NCBI RefSeq assembly: GCF_006345805.1
Contig: NC_043015.1
Location: 8,184,001-8,248,000, forward strand
Direction of reading: 5' to 3'
DNA length: 64,000 bases
Origin: Octopus sinensis
Lineage: Eukaryota
Shown: piece by piece, positions 12,790-26,099 of the stretch
Position numbering within the stretch: position 1 is the first letter of the stretch
Layout of the letters: each line of letters starts with the position of its first letter
Notes under the pieces: generated by a model
Seen by the model: only the letters and a program-made list of their open reading frames with translations
Database searches by the model: none
What the model was told of the DNA's origin: nothing
Position numbers and translations under genes: made by a program

Positions 12790-13200
12790 TCTCCAATTAT
12801 TCTATGTAGGCAGCTGAACACTTGCAGTCCTCGGAATAAAGACATCTGCAGTATTGTATTATTTCTCGTGATTTGGAAGGTGGCAAATGGGAGACTTGAT
12901 GATGTCTACCAATTCTTGCACCGAAATGTACGTGGACGCCTTTGCTTAGAATGACATATCATTCTCTGAGTCGTTCAAAGGTGTACAGATTTAAGACATT
13001 CTATACAATTAAGTCTTTTAACTGAAGTTATCTTTCATGTTAAGATTCTCTGTAGCACTTCAGATTTTCTAACAAACTGGGTATACGTGGGAACCAAAGA
13101 TATGTGCAGCAATCTAGTATCCTCAAAACTCCTTGCATTGAGTTTTCTTATACTTTTATATACGCCAGTAATCTTTAGTTTATTCATTATCTATCACGTT
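12790..13200 (-). pseudogene. CR1-like LINE, C-terminal ORF2 fragment
   Basis: Broken minus frames give LKDL...LNLYTFERLRE*YVI, ARIGRH and FRGLQVFSCL, resembling the CR1 terminal motifs L.LYSLERRRERY and FRGPQLFN.LP. Confidence 0.55.
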
Positions 13201-13341
13201 TTGCTTACAATGTGTAATATAGATTTTGGAATAGAGAAAGAGTTTCCAAACTGAATGATTTTAAACAAAAACTAACACTACCAGAACAGATTAAAGTAGC
13301 TTGGGAGCATGATCTTAGCGATGTTTAACATATGAAATATA

Positions 13342-14455
13342 TTAGTTTTGTGCCAAAGCAATGTCCAATTTTAAGATCTGAGGTAAATATGAATAAGCCA
13401 ATGACTGTAAAAATATTTATTCCTTAACATACTCTCCATTGCTTTCAATGACTTCATTCCATCTTTCATAAATCTTATAAATGCCTCGCATGTAAAATTC
13501 TGTAGGTTTAGAACCAAATAATTTTCAGTCTCTACTCTTGTTGTTAAACTAAGCCCATCAATATGGTTCTGTAGTCCTCGGAAGAAATGGAGCAAAGTCA
13601 GGAGAATATGGAGGATGAGGCAGTATTTCCCAACCAAGTTCTTCTAAGAGAGTTCTGGTCAGTCTAGCTGTATTGTAACAGTTCATAATGGATTACATCT
13701 TTAATATCCCACCATACACTGGAAATGACATTCTTTGGATGACGTCCTGCTCTCCGTTGTTTAACTGGGCGTCCTCCTCGACTGATCCAAGAACGGCAGC
13801 GTTTAACGTTATGGTAAAAAGTCCACCTCTCATCACCTGTAACAAGCCTGTCTAAAAATGTTGCCTGGAAGTGTAGCGGAAGCAATGATTGAAAACTAGC
13901 AGCGCGTTGTTGTATATTCTCTGGAGACAGCTCCTGAGGGACCCATTTTCCAGACATTGAAGCCTTTCCAAAGTATTTTAGCTCGTGTTCGACGGTTGGA
14001 TGGGCTATGTTTAACTGTTCTGCAAGTTCCCTATTGGTAACGGTAGGGTTCTCTGAAACAAGAGATTCCAGCATTTCGGTATCAAGTTTTTGTCGACGAC
14101 CCACGTTTGGCTCTTCTTTCAAAATGAAATCACCAATTCGGAAACGGGAAAACCACCTTCTGCAACTTCTTTCATTCGCTACATCATCCCCATAAGTGAT
14201 CTGAATAGAGCTTGCTTCCGCACTTGCATTAAACTCGTAGAATAAAACATTTCTTAAGTGATATTTAGATGGAACAAACATAGTAGTATAATTTTCTAAG
14301 AATTATCACCAGACGTTAGATAATCTGAAAGAAAATAGTACAATTTAGATACACACCAGGGATATCTTAAAACGTAAAGAGGGGGTTAAAAAACTGATAA
14401 ATTTGCTCTGAAACATTTTTTCTAGAAATCGGACATTCCTTTTGAACCGACCTGT
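13342..14455 (-). mobile_element. Mariner (DD34D) transposon relic with degenerate TIRs and TA flanks
   Basis: Left end ta-ttagttttgtgccaaagcaatgtccaattt versus reverse complement of right end ta-acaggtcggttcaaaaggaatgtccgattt. Encloses a transposase pseudogene. Confidence 0.85.
13371..14281 (-). pseudogene. Mariner transposase pseudogene with internal deletion
   Basis: ORF 13664-14281 has HTH (RRWFSRFR), WVPQEL and VTGDERW. A downstream frame has EELGWEILPHPPYSPDFAP. The segment holding the second catalytic Asp (HDNA.PH) is missing. Confidence 0.9.
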
Positions 14456-14818
14456 TATTTGCTTACTCGAAATTTACAATCGAACTGGGAGGTCTTACAA
14501 TATATCTCCTTAACTATCGTTCGTCTCCTTTCTCTAATATTTGTCCATTAACTCACGTAGGCCTCTCTCTGTTTTCACTTCAAATATCATCTCCCATTCT
14601 ACTTTCATCCCTAAAGACAATTTCTTCCCTTTTTCTTCCATCACTTCATTTTTTTGTCCAGTAGTTCTGCTTTCTCTGTTAAACGTTGGCATTTTCTATT
14701 TTTATACTGTTTATCTTTCGATTATTTTCATGCTTGCACGCATACTGCATAGCTACATACACATACATCGACACACACACACACACACGCACATAGATGT
14801 ATACAGCAATATACACAG

Positions 14819-14849
<31 letters not shown>

Positions 14850-16109
14850 GAGAGAGAGAGAGAAAGAGAGAGAGAGACGTATACATAGTACAATTACCTG
14901 TGGCTGCCAAAGTCAGTCATTAGAAAATATGTCACGCACGTATCCAATTGTCCTACGCAGATCACGTATATATTACCATATGTATCATTAAAGACTTAAT
15001 ATTTTAATGCTTCTGGTAATGTAAACATATCTCCTTCTGTTCCAGTGAACATCATTTCGTCGACTATACAAATGAATAACCTGCTCATGGAATTGGCATA
15101 AAAAAAGATGAGCAATGTTATAATCAGAATAGAGTTAGATGACAAGTCCGTGCCTTTAAATTAGAGATGCGAACAATCCTATGTTTTCACATGTAATCTT
15201 GCTTTCTCGAATATTACTCATAAAGAATATAGATCAAATAGAATTACAGTAATAGGCAATTGCACAGTAGAATCAAAACTGGGGCACCGTGATTGCGAAA
15301 CGAAATCCACAACACTTCTCTCACAGTGCGTCCTTATCTATAATAGCATATTTATATAAAGAAATCCGGGTTGTTTTTGGTCTAGATTTATCGTTACATT
15401 ATATAGTATTTACATATTTTTGTGTATATAAATTCATACGTACGAAAGAAATAAATCCATAGTTGGACCTTGTTTTGTAAATGTCATTCAAAGTTCACAA
15501 ATAATGAACTTTTGTTCAATAGTGTAATAGGAAGTTAAGCATGAAGATCACAAATTTTGAGCGATTGAAATGGTTCATGATCTGTGGTAAAAGAATTAAT
15601 CTAAAGTGTTAAGATTATCACCTTAAATATTACAGCATAATGTGAAGAGTGAACTATTCACGCACAAATAGTGAGCTATGTATATGAATGTACACATGCA
15701 AATGCGAGAATGCTCTTAAAAGCGTTCTAAGTATATATCCATTATATTTGCTTTTCTCACTGTTAGCATAAAACTTGAAGCTTTGAAATTATTGAATGGA
15801 TCCATGGCCACAGTTTATGAAATAAAGCTGATAAATATAAATGCTATTTCTAAGAGATGCTTCGAAAATGATATATCTATGAAGATTACGATATTTACAG
15901 GGATTCATTAAGATTCATTTTCAAGTTACGTATTGCCATAGAATGTATTCCTTTTCATTCAAAATAAATAGATATTATAAGAATTATGATTCAATATAAA
16001 CAGATATTATGAGAAATATGATTCTAAATTTAAGTATAGGCAATTAGTTGCCAAATATATTACAATCAGCGGAAAATTTCAGCGCATTAATCCCATCAAA
16101 AGTACCTGA

Positions 16110-16925
16110 TGATTTTGTTGCTACCAACTGTAGTTCTGTATTCTACATCTGCTTCTCATTCTTTATTTCTTCACAAGCCTTTTAATTTGTGCATCATTTA
16201 CACATGATCTGGGTAATGTTTTCCATCCTTCAGTTCCACATCATACCCTCTTATTCCCCTGGGTAATTTTTGTCTTACACTCAAGGCAGCAAACATGTCT
16301 CCCTTCTCAAATGTCATAAGGCTGTCAAGTATTCTAAATTATATAAAACACGCTAGATGTTTTACCCTTTCTCCAATGTACATGTATGACGACCCAACCT
16401 GTATACCAAACAGCATTTTTCTAAAAAAAGTATCAACTTCCTCTCCGATGAACAAATATATGAAGACATATAGTTTGTCGATTCCTAAAGTGATACAACA
16501 CTTTCCTTTAAGCTTCATTCTAACAGTAGCGTCACTGCATATGCTGTCGACATCTTCCTCATCTTTGAACTTATTCACGTTAATATCAGCAAGAGACACA
16601 TTAACACTTTTTATAACTCTTACTATGATTATGTTTCTTTATTTACTTTTCAAAGTTTACACCCAATAACAATTCTTCGGCTATATCTATCTGTCACTTT
16701 CCAAACTGTAATCAGTATTCGTGGATGCATGCCAAAACGATATCTGCCAGCTTCACGGAAACCTTCTTCCTCCACTTCTCTAAAATATGTATTCAGCAAG
16801 CGGCTCTCTGCTGAGAACCCATCTACGTTTGCTACCCACTGTGTCTTGTACTGCATCTTATACATGCTAAATATATTTAGAAAATTATTCTTTTCAAATC
16901 CACCAAAAACACTATAAATATCCAA
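16110..16925 (-). pseudogene. Heavily decayed RT fragment, probably RTE-clade LINE
   Basis: DIYSVFGGFEK (cf. VFVDLEKAFD), GMHPR (cf. GVHQG), INVNKFK (cf. VNVNKTK) and EEVDTF (cf. VVDTFCYLG) in the expected order. Similarity is weak. Confidence 0.4.
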
Positions 16926-17825
16926 TAAAAACTAAGGACTAGAATAGGACTTTGTTCTTGACAAATTCGGTATCGTTACCCACATGCAATGTCACCCTGC
17001 TCTCTTTCGATATCTCTCTCACTACAAGTCTTTATATATATATATATATATATATATATCTGTTATTTGGAACATGATATATAAACCTAACAAATCTCCA
17101 AGTAATACTATTTTATTTTAAAAACATTTACAAGATCTTATCCTTTTCCTTTCTTTAACTAATCTCCACAGTAATGATGTACTATAACTAAATCCACTGA
17201 CTTAGTTTCGTATAACACTCACTATTAGATTGTCACCATCATGAATATTGTTGGAAAAAAGCGCATTTGAATTGAATAGCTTCTAAATATGAAACTTGCT
17301 CTGGAACACAAATGAGCGACATCAACATCACGTATCTTGTGACGGTGGCTACGTATCAAACTGTAGATATGCGGTATGTACTGATAGAGCTTCAATCAAA
17401 CGAAATCTGTGAAATCTGGCGCGTTTTGGATCTGTCTTTCTCAACCATCCCACTTAACGTAATTTCAAATAATGCTTACTCCTAATTCGTACGTTATGTT
17501 CCTCGCTTAAATTCGAAAACGCCATTAACAAATTTACCTGAATACATCATGCCAAAATTGCTTTCTCTTCTGTAGTTCCCGGAATAAAAACTTGAGCTCC
17601 TTCCAAGATGGATTCATGCCAAAATTGTTTCCTACAACAAACTAAAGCGTAATCATTGCGCACAAAAGAAGGTTAAATATGTTAGTAGAGCCTTCAAGAA
17701 GCCTCAAATTCTAGGCCTCTTCTGTACTGAAGATCAGTGTTGGAACTGATAATCAACATATCAAATATTGCATCAAGTAGTTTGCCATTCCTTTACACGG
17801 TTAAATGCAATACTCAATTTTACTT

Positions 17826-18062
17826 TTGTATAATGATAACATCTACTGGCACGAATTCGCTCACCTGCTTTCACCAATCTCCTCCTTGTATAAAGATAAT
17901 ATCCCCTGGCACGAATTCGCTCACCTGCTTTCACCAATCTCCTCCTTGTATAAAGATAATATCCCCTGGCACGAATTCGCTCACCTGCATTCACCAATCT
18001 CCTCCTTGTATAATGATAATATCCCCTGGCACGAATTCGCCCACATGCTTTCACCAATCTCC
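17826..18062. repeat. 60-bp minisatellite, about 4 copies
   Basis: Unit ttgtataaagataatatcccctggcacgaattcgctcacctgctttcaccaatctcctcc recurs in register on four consecutive 60-base lines. Confidence 0.95.
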
Positions 18063-21000
18063 ATAGTGAGGAATAGTTATTTATCCTCGTTCATCAGAAT
18101 GTACTATCTTAAAAGAATCATATCTTTATTATTTCTGTTACTTTAGTGCAGACTCGTCTGCTATTAGAGACTGCTTTGATTGAGTATACTCACTGTTGCC
18201 GTTACCTACGTCTTGTGTACACCACTGAGAACACAGGCAAACATCTAAACCCAGCTTTTCGTCCCTATACTACGAGATCACTACTATTACCTATGGACAT
18301 ATATTTCCTTCAACTGTCCATTTACAATTGTACAATTGTTTGAATATTCGATTGGCTGTTAATATATGTGGAAGGATGACAACTTAGGAAGACTTCTTCC
18401 GATTTAACCCAATGAAAAATATATAAATGTTAGATTATTGACTCTTGACAGAAATCAACATAATCCCTGCTCCGAACATTTCTCTGCATTAATATTTGCC
18501 GGCGCCGACCACTGCTACTTCTTTCCGAATCTAGATTTTTTCTCCATATTTATTAATGTCTGTTTCATTTGACATGAAGAAGATTGTGATAAAAATATAA
18601 AATGAATGCAAATGAAAATTTTCAAGATTCATGAGAAATATTTAAGGGAATTACTAGCTGAATTAAAGCGAAATATCTTTAATTGGGAATTGAAAACACG
18701 TCGCAGCATCTGTTTGTTGACTACGACTGATATATATTCCACATGACATGCATTGAAAAACTTTTCTATCAGGCTATAGATAAAACTGACTACGTCTCAA
18801 TTATGAAAAAAATGGACAGCAATACAAAAAAATAAATATATAACTATATTATCTGAAGAGTTAAACAAGTGAAGATGTAATAATCCAATGAAAGAAAAAA
18901 CACAAAAAGGAAATAACTAATAATCAAGATGACACGTAGAAATATTTATAAGTGCCGCATTTAATTTAGCCTCAGAAAACAGAAATCTATTGAGAGAAAA
19001 GAAAAACGAAGGAAAAGTATTGACAAACGAGAAATAGAAAAGAAAAAAAACTAAATGAAAATACAAGAAAATACATAAATATGCATGTATGTTTTAATGT
19101 AATTCTATCAATAATTAAAAAAGAAATATATTAATGTATAAATAATTTCTATATTGAAACTTAGAGAAGCAGAAAACAAAAGAAACCAAAAATAATGTAA
19201 AGAAGGAAACAAACAAAATTATATAGGATATTAAAATCTAATTAATTATTTCAGCAATTCCTATCATACATGTCTTAGCAAAGATATCACGTAGCTCTCA
19301 ATAAATGGCAGGCCATTGTCATTCGATGGATGTATAGTGCCATCAATGTATAATTTCTAAAGACAGGGAAAGCGAAAGAGAGAAATAGCATGAATGGGCA
19401 TTGCAAGCGTTATCGCTTTTCTAAAAGCTAAACATAATCTGTACATTATGCGAAGAATATGAATGCCATGCATTGAAAAGCATCAGATTATCTCATTCAC
19501 ACTACATTTGAGTTATTCTACTATTACAACTGCTGGAACTAATAAAAATGGAAAGAAATATATAAGTAAATGAACAAATAAATAAATAAGAATAAAAACA
19601 GCAACAATAAAACAATAATAATAGTAATAACAACAGCAATGACGACGACGACGATTATGATGATGATGATGATGATGAGGATGATGATGAAAATTTCTTT
19701 TGCTGGCCTAAAGCGCCAAGACGATGAGGACATTACTCAAACGAAGTACAAAGGAAAGCAGCAAACAGAAAACTCATAGATTTACAAGTAATAAATAGAT
19801 AATGATAATAGGTATGTTAGAATATAGAAAGATATATAAAAAAAAAAGAAACAAGAAAACTACACCCGTAGTTCGGAGCACACACACATGCAGCGAAGAT
19901 TGTACTGACACATCATATTAAAGTGTCTTGTAGTTTCTGCCGCATAGAGAGATGTAGATTATCGGTGTCCTTTGGTAGATAAAAAAACTTCACGGTGTAA
20001 CACTATATATCAACATTTCCATGCGATTTCGTTAACATGCGGGTAACTTGGACTAGATCGATTATTCGCAGCCTCAATATGAACGTCACAGGTTAAGGGG
20101 AATTATCATATATATCGTCAGATATGACATTATATCGTCGGTGCCACCGCTGATAGAGCTGCTGCGGTTGAATTACATGATGGTGATGAGAGGGAGGATG
20201 GAAATAATTCCTAAGGGATATACATGGCTACAAGTTCGTGGTAGTGTTAAGCCGAACAAATTCAGCACAGACTGATCGAGCAGAACCAGTTATTTCAATG
20301 ATAAAACGCAGTGAGTCTAATCTCAGGAGTGCGTACAATACATTGCTCGAGGTACTTGTTCCCTTATCATGCGCCTTGACTTTCTCTTCAAATATCACCG
20401 AGGGGAAATTTGGGTTTCATCATTTAGGAAGACGATACAATGTATCAATCAAGGTCGATTGCTTGAAAGAACTGTGAAAACATTAAACTGGATGCGTGAG
20501 CTATTTCTTCTAGCGGGTTTGGTCTTGAGTTTAAATCCTGGCAAGGCTTAATTGCATCTTATATGTTATTCCTCACTCGCTATAGCGTCAGTAAATAGCA
20601 AATTACTTGTATTTAGCAGACTGTAATCTGTTACATTTTGTGCCAGTACTCAGGCTTCTTAAGTTTTCCTTTCGAGCCGTCTCACTAAACGTCCAAGATC
20701 ATCGCTTTCCCTCTTGACCAACTGAGGTTCGTAGCTAGGCAAAGAAAAAAATCAGGGTAATTAGAGCGTCGGATAAAATACCTCGTGGTATTTCTAAAGA
20801 CATAATTTTGGGTTGAAATCCTAGCGGAGTTAATTTTGGTTTTCTTATTTTTCATGGAGTAACTGTTAACTATCCGTTAAATAATGGGGTCAATATATTT
20901 TGCTAAGGCCTTCCTTTAAATTTATAGCTACGTGCAAACATAAAAGAACTTCTTAACGCCTTAATGTTATAATTCTTTTTATAATTAATAATAGTATTAT

Positions 21001-21515
21001 TGATACAAATATTAATAATACAATTTATATTCTTATCACTTAGAAGCGCGCGTTTCCGACTGAACCCGGAGACATTCTTCGGCATTTGATCCACTTTCTA
21101 TGTCTATTGTGTAAATGTGTTCTTGTGCCTCGCATCGTTTTCAAATATCCGCAAATAATAATCATTATTCCATTCGCAAGATCATTACAAATAGATGACG
21201 CAGCGTAATGTAAGTTATAAGAAGTAATAAGCCCATTTCTCAAAGTGTACATTATTAAGTACTGTAGTTCTGAGTTGGAAGTTATTAATGTGATAATTAT
21301 GAAGAAATAGGTGCCGTAAACTTCTAATCATTTACACTGAATTTAGGAAAATCGAATAGGCCACCTCAAATAAGAACAGAGATGAACAAAATGATTAGCA
21401 CTGCACAACTTGATGTAATAACTCAATGACTTCCATTATTAATACAAGTGGCTAGTTGAAGCGAAAATTGGAAAACGGAAGAGATTCTTTAACGTGTAGC
21501 ACGAAATTCACACTG

Positions 21516-21605
21516 AGGTTTACAGAGTAGATATCCACATTCATTTGCGGTGCTGACAATAGGTTTACAGAGCAGATATCCACATTCATTTGCGGTGCTG
21601 ACAAT
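21516..21605. repeat. 45-bp tandem duplication (one mismatch)
   Basis: aggtttacagag(t/c)agatatccacattcatttgcggtgctgacaat twice. Confidence 0.95.
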
Positions 21606-21972
21606 AAAGGTTATCAGACCAAAATTTGAATAACTATGTGGGAAATAGAAAATGAAAGACGCTATTAAAATGAAAAGTGTAGTATTAAGGAGAAGTAGGA
21701 TATAGGAATTTTTTTCTTTAGAAGCGGTGTTTTCACCCGTAGTGCCGGAATTACTCTGTTTTCAAAGGAATGTGCGAAGATCAATGGGGCTGCTTAAAAA
21801 TCCTTAGAGTACTGTGATTCATGGAGAAGCGTTTTGCACTCTAAAATGATAAAATCCCTACATTCATTCATATAATGGCACATTAATGCATAACAGGACA
21901 CTGTCCAAATAAATATAGTGATTTTGTCTTTCAACCAGCGGAGAAAATCTATATCTATTATCTATATCAATT

Positions 21973-22205
21973 GACGGCGAGCTGGCAGAAACGTTAGCGC
22001 ACCGGGCGAAATGCGTAGCCGTATTTCATCTGTCGTTACGATCCGAGTTCAAATTCTGTCGAGGTCGACTTTGCCTTTCATCCTTTCGGGGTCGATAAAT
22101 TAAGTACCAGTTACGCACTGGGGTCGATGTAATCGACTTAATCCGTTTGTCTGTCCTTGTTTGTCCCCCTCTGTGTTTAGCTCCTTGTGGGTAGTAAAGA
22201 AATAT
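21973..22205 (+). mobile_element. Full-length SINE family B
   Basis: Colinear with 12494-12726 from head to tail gggtagtaaagaaata. Confidence 0.95.
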
Positions 22206-22938
22206 ATATCTATTAGTCTGAATTTGAAAAGTACAGGTACCGGATTAAAGTGTTCGAAGCGTAAATTAATCTGAATCAGAGATGACTTTGTTCCTCTCTT
22301 TTTATTCATGGCAATATGCTATTTACATCTTCATTTCTGCCTCAGATGGCCACACCTGTGATAGCAGGAATAGACTGCGGTCACAATAAGGATAGATACT
22401 TACACCCAGAATGAAACATAAATGATTTCTCCCAAATTAAGTTTGATTTTGAAATATTTCTTCGAAAGATTATCTCTGGGCCTATAGCGTAGCTTTGCGG
22501 ATAAATATCTTTATTTAGGTACTAAATATTTAATGCGCTTTCTAAGCTAGATTTGTTGATTTTTGTAGTTCCTTTATTATTGCACCTGTACATGTTTTAT
22601 ATTACTGTGGCCAATAGAGAATTAGTATTACCAATATTCCAATTAGTATCTGTAAAATATTACACTGGTGTAATAAGACGATTATAAACTAAAGACTACA
22701 GAAATGGAAAAAACTATGAAGCCGTAACCAAGACTCGTGTTTCATTAACTAATTTAATCCAATGATACACCTTAGAAGAATGGAAGCGTACAAATTGCAC
22801 ATCCGTACGCTAGCAAACACATGAACACTATTAGAAGAAATGATTTATGAATGTACGTCAGTGTGTCTGTCTGTCTGTCTGTCTCTCTCTCTGTCTTTCT
22901 CTCTCTCTCTCCCCACCTCTCTCTCAGAAGTCTATATA

Positions 22939-23313
22939 TCTCTCTCTATATAAACGGCAGGTTGTCTGTGCGTTTTCTGTGTGTCTGTTTTCTCGTACCC
23001 TCACTCTGACCACGGCTTTCACCGTTCTGATGAAACTGACACACACATAGCCCATGTCATAATTCAAAACTAACGCAGCGAAAATTTTGAAAAGTTCCCC
23101 CAGTTCTGAAAAAATCGATAAATTCGACATGGGGTCGAGAATCAGAAACCCAAACCACAGACCGTCTAGGGGACGCAACTCCACCTTTTTTAACTCTCAA
23201 AAAAATTTACCATAATTTTTTTACCATTTTTTGCTATTTTTGGCTATAACTCTATAAAATGTTTTATAGTTATTTCCCTTACAAACCTGAGCAACGCCGG
23301 GCGATACTGCTAG
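22939..23313 (+). mobile_element. Non-autonomous Helitron-like element
   Basis: 5' A|TC..tctatataaa. 3' GC-rich hairpin cctgagcaacgccggg (23286-23301), then CTAG (23310-23313) and a following T. No TSD. Confidence 0.7.
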
Positions 23314-23329
23314 TATTACTATAATTTAA

Positions 23330-24017
23330 GTTCAAGTCGGTTACTAACAAAACAACAAAACTGTTCGAGGTAACAGAGCTCCCGGTGTTTCTAATTAAGT
23401 AACTGAGTTGGTATGTTGGTTGAATTGCAGATGCATACAACCTAGGGTATGCATCTATTCGCATAAGAATCGCAGAGAACTTTTGGAAAGTCTTACAACT
23501 CTACATTGTGCCACTAATAGTTTAGATTTGGAGAATCTTCGTCAGTTTCTTTTGCTCTTTTACCATGAAACCGAGTATTTCTAAGCTTTTTTGCAAATTT
23601 GCTTTGGTACATAACCTAATGCACCCATGATGACAGGCACAAAAGTGGATTCATAGTCAGGGTACAAGATCTATAACTTCTGCATTAATTCTTTACAAGC
23701 ATTCTTTTTTACCTGGTCACTTTCAATACATTCACAAGTGTTAGGTAGCTAACCTCAACATCAAAGCTCTATATTTTTTCATTATACCATAGAATGATAT
23801 CAGGTCGTTTATGTTTGCACCGTGCTGATACTTTCCTTTGGGGCATTCAACCAAAATTCCTTGTTTTCAAAGATGTGAGTATCTGCTGGTTTTGACATGC
23901 CTTTGATGAGTACGTCAGGGCAGTCCACCTTGGAGACAGCTTTGTAAATATTCTTTGCAACTATACCATGCCTCAGGGGCAGATTTGTTTGTATGTATGT
24001 CTCTTCTATTTTAAAAT
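23330..24017 (-). mobile_element. R4/Dong-like LINE 3' fragment (RLE domain + 3' UTR), copy a
   Basis: LPLRHGIVAKNIY...EFWLNAP..., then broken frames for PDII, VEVS and LYPDYE..VPII.GALGYVPK. 3' UTR hairpin gatgcatac-aacctagg-gtatgcatc near 23430-23455. Confidence 0.7.
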
Positions 24018-24032
24018 TATTATTATTATTTT

Positions 24033-24490
24033 CCACTGAGGATGGAGCCGGTTTCAAACAAAGATACTAGGTTCCATCTTTGCGATGCAGTTAAGACAGA
24101 CAATTTCCCATTTGGAACTTGATAGAAGTTTCATATTTTTACTGTTCGCATACCCTTTAAAGTGGGAGGTTGAATTAGCTTTCTCCTTTATGGTTCTGAG
24201 AATCCCAATTTCTCTAGATTGGTAATTAGGCAATGTGTTACATATCTCAGGGTCCCAATAATTACAAGTATAAACCTAAATTTGTAATCGGGATAGAGCT
24301 ACTGCAGATTTCTCAATAGTTTTGCATAGGCTTTCTTCTTTTCACAGATCTTCCAAAAGTGTATCACTTATGTTAACATCCGCTGAGCAAGCTGCTTTCC
24401 ACAACAGTACAAAGTTTCACTTCTCTGTCTCAAAACATCATATAAGGTCTGTTGTGCTGACATTTTATTGAGGTATTCACTGGTACATTC
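24033..24490 (-). mobile_element. R4/Dong-like LINE 3' fragment, copy b, ending in a (TAA)n tail at 24018-24032
   Basis: Minus frame EKKKAYAKLLRNLQ*LYPDYKFRFI. The 3' UTR runs into ggaaaataataataataat. Confidence 0.7.
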
Positions 24491-24505
24491 AACCTGTATT
24501 CCTTT

Positions 24506-24980
24506 GTATGTATGTATGTATGTATGTATGTATGTATGTATGTATGTATGTATGTATGTATGTATGTATGCATGGATGTACGTAGATATGCATGAATGTA
24601 TGTATGTACGCATGTATGTACGTATGTATGTATATAGGCATGTATGTGTACGTGAAGTTTTGTATGTTGTGTTTTATGTACGTCTTCTCAAGCATGTCTA
24701 GAAAATGCTCGTATATACTTAAATGAGTAAATTCTGGAAGGTTTTACCGTTGTGTATAGTTCTGGTGAGGGCTTGAGTCTGTAGTCTTCGAATCAACTTT
24801 CTCTATCCTAATTTTCAGAAACATAAATTGCCAACATTGGTATTTAAGCAGTGTGCTACATATCTGAGTATGCATGTATGTATGTATGTATGTATGTATG
24901 TATGTATGTATGTATGTATGTATGTATGTATATATGTATGTATGTATGTATGTATATATGTATGTATGTATGTATGTATG
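24506..24980. repeat. Two (TATG)n tracts (24506-24571 and ~24873-24980)
   Basis: Direct reading. These generate the MYVC/HTYI ORFs. Confidence 0.95.
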
Positions 24981-25687
24981 TGTTTAATGAGAGGGAGGCA
25001 GATGTTACTGCTTCTAACGTTCTTTTAATTTTCTGAATTTATCACGTATGGTGAAACAGAACACATTACATTATCTACACGCTACATCGACTATATTCTC
25101 TTATTGGTATGTACACACACACACACACACACGCACACACATGCAAACACACACATTTACATATAAGCCATATAGACACACAAACATACACACACACGCA
25201 CACACACACACGCAGCACGTACACGTACATTCATACAACAGTTTACGGCTATAATAGCCAAGGTATTTTCTGATGCTTTGAGATAAACATTAATTTAAAT
25301 AATTTAACTTAGTTATATTTCTTATTAATTACGTATGATAATTATACAACTATGTAGCTAATGAGGTCTATTCTTAATTAAACTGCTGCTAAATGAAATA
25401 TCTTTCAAATATTTATATTCTACATTTCATTCTAAATACACGTTCCACTCCGAGATATTTTTAGAATTATTAAAATGCAATCAAACATATATGATTTAAA
25501 AAACATTTCCTCCTGTACCGCATCAATGTAAGCTTGTATCATATGGAAAATATTTTTGTAAGAAACCGGGATTATGGCCTGAGATTTTTTTCATTTCAAT
25601 CGGAAATAGATGTCAGAAATTATAAATACATTAAATCAAAACTTTCACATTCTCATATGGAATCGAGTGTTGCACGCCTTGTACCTA

Positions 25688-25838
25688 TGTTCTTCTTCTT
25701 CTTCTTCTTCTTCTTCTTCTTCTTCTTCTTCCTCCTCCTCCTTCTCTCCCTCCTTATTCTTCTTCTTCTTTTGCTTTTCATTATTTTTATGATCTTCATC
25801 ATCATCACCACCACTACCACCACCACCACTACCATCAC

Positions 25839-25871
<33 letters not shown>

Positions 25872-25891
25872 TATTATTACTATCATCATCA

Positions 25892-25954
<63 letters not shown>

Positions 25955-25960
25955 TATTAT
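25688..25960. repeat. Compound trinucleotide tract (TTC)(TCC)...(ATC)(ACC)(ATC)(ATT)
   Basis: Direct reading. Source of the poly-I/F/K/M ORFs. Confidence 0.95.
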
Positions 25961-26099
25961 CTTTGCTGCGGAGCACATCGGATATGTTTTCGAATGTTCC
26001 CAGTATGATCGCTTCAAAATATTTATTTACACCAGGTTTGGTGTCTTGTTACAATAATTAATTTATTCCTAGTTCTGAATAGATGCACAAGTTTACATG

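Noticed and set aside
18065-18100. CTGATGA plus gagga/tcctc stem on the minus strand
   Set aside because: There is no GAAA after the stem and no stem I partner.
24348-24460. Apparent + strand exon after tttcttcttttcacag
   Set aside because: The minus strand encodes an RLE-domain LINE fragment that explains the sequence.
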